DNA of 64,000 bases from Bacteroidaceae bacterium (lineage in GTDB: Bacteria > Bacteroidota > Bacteroidia > Bacteroidales > Bacteroidaceae): NCBI GenBank assembly GCA_024400995.1, contig JAKSLU010000002.1, positions 7,677 to 71,676 of the forward strand, given 5' to 3'. Below are positions 58,003 to 64,000 of this stretch, piece by piece. The first letter of the stretch is position 1; each line of letters begins with the position of its first letter. The notes below the pieces were generated by a model that had not been told where the DNA came from, searched no databases, and saw only the letters and a program-made list of their open reading frames with translations. The position numbers and the translations under genes are program-made.

Positions 58003-58186
58003 TTTTTGTTCTAGGTTTTTAGTTAAACAATATTGCTTTATTAAAACGCTGCAAAAGTACGGACTTTTTCAATACGTAGCAAGATTTTCTCTCTTTTTTT
58101 TTGAAAAAACGTAAAATTAGCAAGTTTTTGACTAAAAATGAGATACATTTGTAAAGTTGGCTTGCTTTTTTTAGTAATTTTGCAGC

Positions 58187-59464
58187 ATGACATTGATATT
58201 ATCCTCAACTTCCGATATTTGCCCCCTCTCAGGGCGAACTGTACGCAGCCTCACACTGGGCTGTAAACTCAATTTTGCAGAGACTGCCTCCCTGCTTGAT
58301 CGACTACGCGAGCGGGGTGCTGAGGACGCTGCCAAGGGGCAGCCTGCTGACATTGTGGTGGTGAACTCCTGCAGCGTTACGGCTGAGGCTGACCAAAAGT
58401 GCCGCCAGGGCATCCGCCGTCTCATTCGACAGAATCCTGGTGCCTGCTGCATTGTGATGGGCTGCTATGCTCAACTCAAACCGCAGGAGGTGGCAGCCAT
58501 CGAGGGAGTAACCCGCGTGGTGTCCCAACAGGAGAAGGGTCGCGTGGCTGAAATGATTGAGGAGATTGTCTGCGGTGCGGCAGCTGACACAGCAGCCGTG
58601 CAGGACACTACGGCCAGTCACAAAGTGACGGAATTCGTACCCTCCTGCTCGCGCGGCAATCGTACGCGCTATTTCATCAAGGTACAGGATGGCTGCAACT
58701 ACTTCTGTACCTATTGTACAATCCCGCTGGCGCGCGGGCGCTCGCGCAATGGTAGCATTGCCTCCCTCGTTGAGCAGGCCCAGGACGTGGCCCGCCGAGG
58801 GGGTAAGGAGATAGTCATTACGGGAGTCAACATCGGCGACTTTGGACGCACGACGGGCGAGAGCTTCTTTGATCTCGTACATGCCTTGGATCAGGTGGAG
58901 GGCATTGAGCGCTATCGCATCAGTAGTATTGAACCCAACCTCCTGACCGATGAGATTATTGACTTCTGCGCCCGGAGTCGCGCCTTTATGCCCCACTTTC
59001 ATATACCCTTGCAGTCGGGTTGTGATGAGGTGCTACGCCTCATGCATCGCCGCTACGATACGGCTCTGTTCCGCAGCAAGGTGGAACGTATTCGTCAGGT
59101 GATGCCCGATGCCTTTATTGGTGTGGATGTCATCGTAGGCACCCGCGGTGAGACCGAGGAGTACTTTGAGCAGGCCTATCGCTTCATAGAGAGTCTGGAC
59201 GTGCAGCAGTTGCATGTGTTCCCCTACTCTGAACGACCTGGCACGCGTGCGCTGGAGATACCCCATGTGGTTACCTCAGAGCAGAAGCACGAACGCTCCC
59301 AGAGACTGCTGGCACTATCCGATGCCAAGCACGCAGCCTTCTGCGAACGCTATCGTGGCACGGAGCGTCCCGTCCTGTGGGAGAACGGAGCTGGCTGGAC
59401 CGATAACTATATCCGTGTGGAGGGCAACGGACGTACCAACACCATAACCCTGCACCGCCTATGA
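58187..59464 (+). CDS. mtaB: tRNA t6A37 methylthiotransferase
   Basis: TLGCKLNFAE, NSCSVT, GCYAQ, KVQDGCNYFCTYC, RISSIEP, HIPLQSG and HVFPYSERPGT. Confidence 0.9.
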   Translation: MTLILSSTSDICPLSGRTVRSLTLGCKLNFAETASLLDRLRERGAEDAAKGQPADIVVVNSCSVTAEADQKCRQGIRRLIRQNPGACCIVMGCYAQLKPQEVAAIEGVTRVVSQQEKGRVAEMIEEIVCGAAADTAAVQDTTASHKVTEFVPSCSRGNRTRYFIKVQDGCNYFCTYCTIPLARGRSRNGSIASLVEQAQDVARRGGKEIVITGVNIGDFGRTTGESFFDLVHALDQVEGIERYRISSIEPNLLTDEIIDFCARSRAFMPHFHIPLQSGCDEVLRLMHRRYDTALFRSKVERIRQVMPDAFIGVDVIVGTRGETEEYFEQAYRFIESLDVQQLHVFPYSERPGTRALEIPHVVTSEQKHERSQRLLALSDAKHAAFCERYRGTERPVLWENGAGWTDNYIRVEGNGRTNTITLHRL

Positions 59465-60471
59465 AGACTGCTGTCGTCATACTTAACTGGAATGGTGCGC
59501 AGATGCTCAGCCGTTTCCTACCTTCTGTTCTAGAGCATAGCAAGGGGGCAGAGGTCATTGTGGCCGACAACGCCTCCACCGACAGCAGTCTGCAACTACT
59601 CCGCGAGCAGTTTCCCGAGGTGCGCACCATCGTGCTCGAACGGAACTACGGCTTTGCTGAGGGGTATAATCGTGCCCTGCAGCAGGTCGAGGCGGAGTAT
59701 TACGTGTTGCTCAACTCTGATGTGGAGGTCACTCCCCACTGGCTCACGACTCTAGAGAACTATATGGAGGCGCACCCCGATTGTGCAGCAGCCCAGCCTA
59801 AGTTGTTGGCCGAGTGGCGGCGCACCCACTTTGAGTATGCAGGTGCAGCGGGTGGCTATATCGACGCTCTGGGTTATCCTTACTGCCGTGGCCGTCTGAT
59901 AGGAACAGTGGAGGAGGACAGCGGGCAGTACGATGGTGTGGCAGATATCGCTTGGGCCACAGGTGCTGCCCTCATGATTCGCTCTCAGGACTGGCGTGCG
60001 GTGGGTGGACTAGATGGCAGTTTTTTCGCTCATCAGGAGGAGATAGATCTCTGCTGGCGACTGCGTGCTCGCGGGCGTAGGATAGTGTGTTGCCCAGAGT
60101 CTGTGGTCTATCATGTGGGCGGCGGCACCCTGCCGCAGGGATCACCCCGCAAGACCTATCTCAACTTTCGCAACAACCTCCTGCTACTCTACAAGAACCT
60201 GCCCTCAGAGGATCTGCACCGTGTTATGTGCCTACGCCGTTGGCTCGATGCGGTGGCTGCGCTCAAGGAGTTGCTCGCTCTCAACCTAGATAACTACCGT
60301 GCTATACGCCGTGCGCGTCGCGACTTCAGTCGCATACGCCATGATTACGATGCTGTGCGTGAGGAAAACCTCCGCCTTACTACACATTATAATATACGTA
60401 CGCGCGTATGTCTGCTCTGGCAGTACTATCTGCGTCGTCGCACAACCTACTCCCAACTCCCTCAGTCATGA
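59461..60471 (+). CDS. GT2 glycosyltransferase
   Basis: VILNWNG, DNASTD, NYGFAEGYN, LLNSDVE and EEIDLCWR; ATGA overlap with mtaB. Confidence 0.9.
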   Translation: MKTAVVILNWNGAQMLSRFLPSVLEHSKGAEVIVADNASTDSSLQLLREQFPEVRTIVLERNYGFAEGYNRALQQVEAEYYVLLNSDVEVTPHWLTTLENYMEAHPDCAAAQPKLLAEWRRTHFEYAGAAGGYIDALGYPYCRGRLIGTVEEDSGQYDGVADIAWATGAALMIRSQDWRAVGGLDGSFFAHQEEIDLCWRLRARGRRIVCCPESVVYHVGGGTLPQGSPRKTYLNFRNNLLLLYKNLPSEDLHRVMCLRRWLDAVAALKELLALNLDNYRAIRRARRDFSRIRHDYDAVREENLRLTTHYNIRTRVCLLWQYYLRRRTTYSQLPQS

Positions 60472-62393
60472 ACCGTCTCAGCTCTATCTTATTCTTTCTC
60501 CTGTGTGTCGTGAGCACCAGTCTCGCACAGTCTCTTCTGCCATATCCACAACAGGTGGAGTGGCTCAAAGGCTATGTCGAGGCTGACTCCGTGGAGTATC
60601 ATCATCTGCTCAATATGACCCAACATGGCACTGCTACTCCCCAGGGGTGGTACGAAATACGAGCCATGAGCGGCAAGGTGAGTGTACTCTATACAGATGA
60701 GGCCTCCCTGCATAACGCCCAAGCCACTCTGCGTCAGCTACAGTCCAAGCCTAGGCAGTATCGTTCGTGCCGAATAGTGGATTGGCCTAAGTATCCCTGG
60801 CGTGGTGCCATGCTCGATGTGAGCCGCCATTTCTTCAGCCTCGATCAGCTCAAGAAGAACGTTGATATCCTCTCCTCCTACAAGATCGACCGCCTCCACC
60901 TCCACCTCGTCGATGCCGCAGGCTGGCGACTGGAGATCAAGCGCTATCCCCGCCTGATCCAGAAGGCCGCCTACCGCACACAGGAGAGCTGGAACGCCTG
61001 GTGGATGGCCAAGGACCGCCAGTACGTCGATGCCCCCGAGGGCTATGGCGGCTACTACACCCAGCAGGAGATGCGCGAGCTCGTGGCCTATGCCCAGGAA
61101 CGCGGCATCACCATCGTGCCGGAGATAGAGATGCCCGGCCACAGCGAGGAGGTGCTCCATGCCTATCCCGAACTCTCGTGCACACACCAGGAGGGTGCCG
61201 CCGACTTCTGCCCAGGCAACATTGGTACCTATGACTTTCTTGAGAACGTGCTCCTGGAGGTCATGGACATCTTCCCCTCTGAGTACATTCACATCGGTGG
61301 CGACGAGGCAGGCCGTGCTGACTGGCCTACCTGTCCGCGCTGCCAGCAGAAGTTACAGGAAATCGGAGGCGCCGACTTCCGCGATCTGCAGACCTACCTC
61401 GTGGCACACATGGGGCGCTTCCTCGAGAGCCATGGCCGCAAGCTCGTGGGCTGGGACGAGGTCATTGATCCCGGTCTGCACGAGGGCACGACCATCATGG
61501 TGTGGCGAGGCGAGCAGAAGGCCGCCGATGCTGCCCGCCTGGGCTTCGATGTCGTCATGACCCCTGGCGGCTACTGCTACTTTGATAGCTATCAGGACGC
61601 GCCGCCCTCACAGCCCGAGGGCTTTGGTACCTATCTCCCTCTGGACAAGGTCTATAGCTTTGATCCCCTCAAGGATCTCACCCCCGACGAGGCTCAGCAC
61701 ATCAAGGGCGTGCAGGGCAATCTCTGGACGGAGTATGTCCCCACGTCCGAGCACCAGGAGTATATGCTCTACCCCCGCATTCTGGCCCTGGCCGAGATAG
61801 GGTGGGGAACGGGCGGTCGTAGCGACTTTCGTGAGCGTGCCGTAGCCCATGTGGATCAGCTCCGCTCTCAGGGTGTCAACGCCTTCAACCTCCGCACCGC
61901 GGTGGGCGAGCGCAGAGGCGTGGCCAAGCCCGTCCGCCACAAGGCCGTAGGAGCCAAGGTTACTTATGCCTCCACCTATGCCGAGCAGTACAAGGGACAG
62001 GGACCCACCACCCTCACCGATGGCTACAGCGGCGGCTGGGCCTTTGGCGATGGCCGCTGGCAGGGCTTCATCAACCCTGGCGAGAGTGGCTATGTGTTCG
62101 ATGTGACCCTCGATCTCGGTCGCACACAGAGGGTGAGCCAGGTCACTACCACCTTCATGCAGTCTGTTGCCGCCTGGGTGAGCTATCCCGAGGAGTACCG
62201 TGTGAGTGTCAGTCAGGATGGCACTGACTGGACTCTGCTCGGCACCGTCACCCATCCCTACGTGGCCACCCCCAATCCCGACGTGCTGGACTTCAGCGTC
62301 AAGGGTCGTGCCTCCGCCCGCTATCTCCGTGTGCAGGCCCACACCACCCAGCCTGGCAACTGGCTCTTCGCCGACGAGATAGTGGTACGTTAG
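60468..62393 (+). CDS. GH20 beta-N-acetylhexosaminidase with C-terminal F5/8-type-like domain
   Basis: RGAMLDVSRHF, PEIEMPGH, HIGGDE, GVQGNLWTEY and C-terminal ARYLRV..WLFADEIVV; ATGA overlap with the GT2 gene. Confidence 0.92.
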   Translation: MNRLSSILFFLLCVVSTSLAQSLLPYPQQVEWLKGYVEADSVEYHHLLNMTQHGTATPQGWYEIRAMSGKVSVLYTDEASLHNAQATLRQLQSKPRQYRSCRIVDWPKYPWRGAMLDVSRHFFSLDQLKKNVDILSSYKIDRLHLHLVDAAGWRLEIKRYPRLIQKAAYRTQESWNAWWMAKDRQYVDAPEGYGGYYTQQEMRELVAYAQERGITIVPEIEMPGHSEEVLHAYPELSCTHQEGAADFCPGNIGTYDFLENVLLEVMDIFPSEYIHIGGDEAGRADWPTCPRCQQKLQEIGGADFRDLQTYLVAHMGRFLESHGRKLVGWDEVIDPGLHEGTTIMVWRGEQKAADAARLGFDVVMTPGGYCYFDSYQDAPPSQPEGFGTYLPLDKVYSFDPLKDLTPDEAQHIKGVQGNLWTEYVPTSEHQEYMLYPRILALAEIGWGTGGRSDFRERAVAHVDQLRSQGVNAFNLRTAVGERRGVAKPVRHKAVGAKVTYASTYAEQYKGQGPTTLTDGYSGGWAFGDGRWQGFINPGESGYVFDVTLDLGRTQRVSQVTTTFMQSVAAWVSYPEEYRVSVSQDGTDWTLLGTVTHPYVATPNPDVLDFSVKGRASARYLRVQAHTTQPGNWLFADEIVVR

Positions 62394-62409
62394 CTTAGCA
62401 CCTGAGACC

Positions 62410-62607
62410 GATACTATGGTCCAAGCGTCACGACCCTATACACTACGGTTCACTACCCTATACACTACGAGTTACTACCCTATACACTACGAGTTACTAC
62501 CCTATACACTAGTGCACACTAGTCCTAGGACAACGAAAAACTAGTCGGCGACTACGAAAAATTAGTTGCCGACTAGTTTTCCTTAGTTGCCGACTAATGG
62601 GGGGGGC
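62410..62607. repeat. 21/22-bp-period palindromic minisatellite, copy E, with G8 boundary
   Basis: Units at 62410, 62432, 62454, 62476, 62498, 62520, 62542, 62563 and 62584; inverted homolog of copy B. Confidence 0.9.
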
Positions 62608-62625
62608 GATGCAAAAATTTTGCAG

Positions 62626-62804
62626 AAAAACATCAGCACCATCAACACCAGATAGGTCTAATGTCTGTATTATCAGTATATTGCGGGTGTTGATAGCTCT
62701 GTAGTTAAGGCCCATAGGGCCACTTTTGCAAAGTTATCAACACCCGCAAACGCCACACCCACAGCGGATTAAATACAACTGGTGTTGATGGTGTTGATGT
62801 TTTT
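62626..62804. mobile_element. MITE-like nested inverted-repeat module
   Basis: Outer arms 62626-62651 and 62779-62804 (25 of 26 match); inner arms 62681-62698 and 62732-62749 (17 of 18 match); no convincing CDS. Confidence 0.55.
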
Positions 62805-63028
62805 TCGGATTTTTCCTTTCGGATATGGCATTTTCTTCGTAAATTTGCGGACGAAATCAGGATAGCAATAGTACCTCCAACCTGTATTGCACGTCATCTC
62901 CACATCGTCAGAGGACTCTTCTTTCAGAAATAATGGTCACGTTGTTGCTTCTATACGCATAGGAATGTCTTTGTGATTGTAAGAACCTCCACTTTCCGAA
63001 GAAATGGTTATTCTTCCCAAACTTGAGA

Positions 63029-63496
63029 TTATCGCGACAGCCGCAAGGTCTTCGGCACCGTGACACCTACCACGAGCATCAGGATGATGAGCAGTGTCAT
63101 GGTGCCGTTGTAGATCAAGAGGTCGAGATAGCGAGGGGCTGTGATGGGGTCCTCGTGCTGCTGCAGATAACTTATCAGGGCTTGCACCGTGCCGTATGCG
63201 TACATGCCAGGAATCATCGGCAGAAGAGCTGGGAAAGAGAATAACTCGCTGGGGCAGTGTTTGCGATGGGCAAGCATCTGCGACAGAAATCCGATGATAA
63301 CTCCAGCTATGAAACCCGCTATGATGATGTGAACATGAAGCTCGGATTGGACGAGGAATGTGCGCGTGGCATGACCTATGGCACCCACTATGCCGCACCA
63401 TGGCAGCAGGCGACGAGGAGGATTGCTGATGCTGCCGAAACCGATGGCTGCAAGACATGCAAACAGACCATCCTGTAAGATGTACGTTATACCCAT
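63029..63496 (-). CDS. Threonine/serine exporter family small subunit (ThrE_2 / YjjB-like)
   Basis: ILQDGLFACLAAIGFGSISNPP, GAIGHATR and PALLPMIPGMYAY; ATG 63496. Confidence 0.85.
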   Translation of the reverse strand: MGITYILQDGLFACLAAIGFGSISNPPRRLLPWCGIVGAIGHATRTFLVQSELHVHIIIAGFIAGVIIGFLSQMLAHRKHCPSELFSFPALLPMIPGMYAYGTVQALISYLQQHEDPITAPRYLDLLIYNGTMTLLIILMLVVGVTVPKTLRLSR

Positions 63497-64000
63497 TGTA
63501 TCTTGGTGATTAGCAGGGCGAGACACAGACCCATTGATAGACAGATAGTTATAATCAAAGCTTCGGACATGCGACTTTGTGCCACAAGGTATTGCCCGCG
63601 AAGCATGTCGCTGACGGCATTGATGAAGCGGATGCCTGGTACAAGCCATAGCACAGAGGTACCGAGAGCCGTTTCGGGAGTGGTGCTTATGCCAAAGATA
63701 AAGCCTGACGCTCCTAGGATGGCGGAGATCATTGCCGAAAGCAATACCACCAACTTGCCATCGATATGCCACGAAAGCATTTTCTCCTTATAAAAGAATC
63801 CCACGGCAGTGGCAACGAAGACGATAGCCATCGCGCAGAGGTCGCCTCCAAAGAGTTCGCAGAACGAGAGGTTGGCCACTGACGTCAGCACGATGACCGC
63901 CCAGTGGTTGATTCTTGGCGTGGCGATGATGCCATTCATCTTTGCTGTGGCAAGCGCAATGGGCATCACGGGTTCCGGAACTTCTTCCGTAGGACGCCAC
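63487..64000 (-). CDS. Threonine/serine exporter family protein (ThrE / YjjP-like), 5' end outside the window
   Basis: ANLSFCELFGGD, SVLWLVPGIRFINAVSD; frame stays open to the window edge. Confidence 0.82.
   Translation of the reverse strand, partial: WRPTEEVPEPVMPIALATAKMNGIIATPRINHWAVIVLTSVANLSFCELFGGDLCAMAIVFVATAVGFFYKEKMLSWHIDGKLVVLLSAMISAILGASGFIFGISTTPETALGTSVLWLVPGIRFINAVSDMLRGQYLVAQSRMSEALIITICLSMGLCLALLITKIQWV

Noticed and set aside
57838..59464. Cys-containing peptide plus radical SAM enzyme as a RiPP system
   Set aside because: The enzyme has MtaB methylthiotransferase motifs without a SPASM or RRE domain, and the peptide is a divergently transcribed lipoprotein.
62509..62715. 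68-aa ORF across array E and the inverted-repeat module
   Set aside because: It is a translation of repeat DNA with no coding signature.
1..64000. tRNA, rRNA, riboswitch, transposase, integrase or prophage genes
   Set aside because: None recognisable by eye; a covariance-model search would be needed to exclude small ncRNAs.

Overview
Chromosomal window from a GC-rich Bacteroidales organism, most likely Prevotellaceae. Evidence: TAnnTTTG -7 promoters, MurF-Alr fusion, the sigma54 regulator-lptE-TPR-secG cluster and a Prevotella-type C-terminal secretion tail. It holds about 50 CDSs, mostly housekeeping (queE/queD, ruvC, mutY, fmt, menA, secG, cls, ompA, mutL, guaB, recG, murF-alr, purF, ffh, folD, mtaB), plus three GH20 and one GH95 glycosidases. 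I see no rRNA, tRNA, CRISPR array, transposase or integrase. Five features stand out. (1) A dispersed family of intergenic minisatellites occurs five times, with a 21-22 bp period and palindromic cores (TAGT-N5/6-ACTA). Two copies share unit order and a C7-8 boundary, and one abuts a 179 bp nested inverted-repeat module, which suggests a non-autonomous mobile or nucleoid-organising element. (2) An accessory module holds a lipoprotein/TM/HTH regulator and two paralogous outer-membrane barrels with a near-identical 40 bp 5' end, and a HigBA pair lies between those repeats. (3) Palindromic or microsatellite DNA is inserted in frame in several genes (mutY, barrel 1, menA, mutL, recG). (4) A 54 aa lipoprotein rich in O-glycosylation motifs is missing from the ORF track. 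(5) An OstA-like gene is frameshifted, possibly through an assembly error. Product calls come from motif recognition only; no database search was run.
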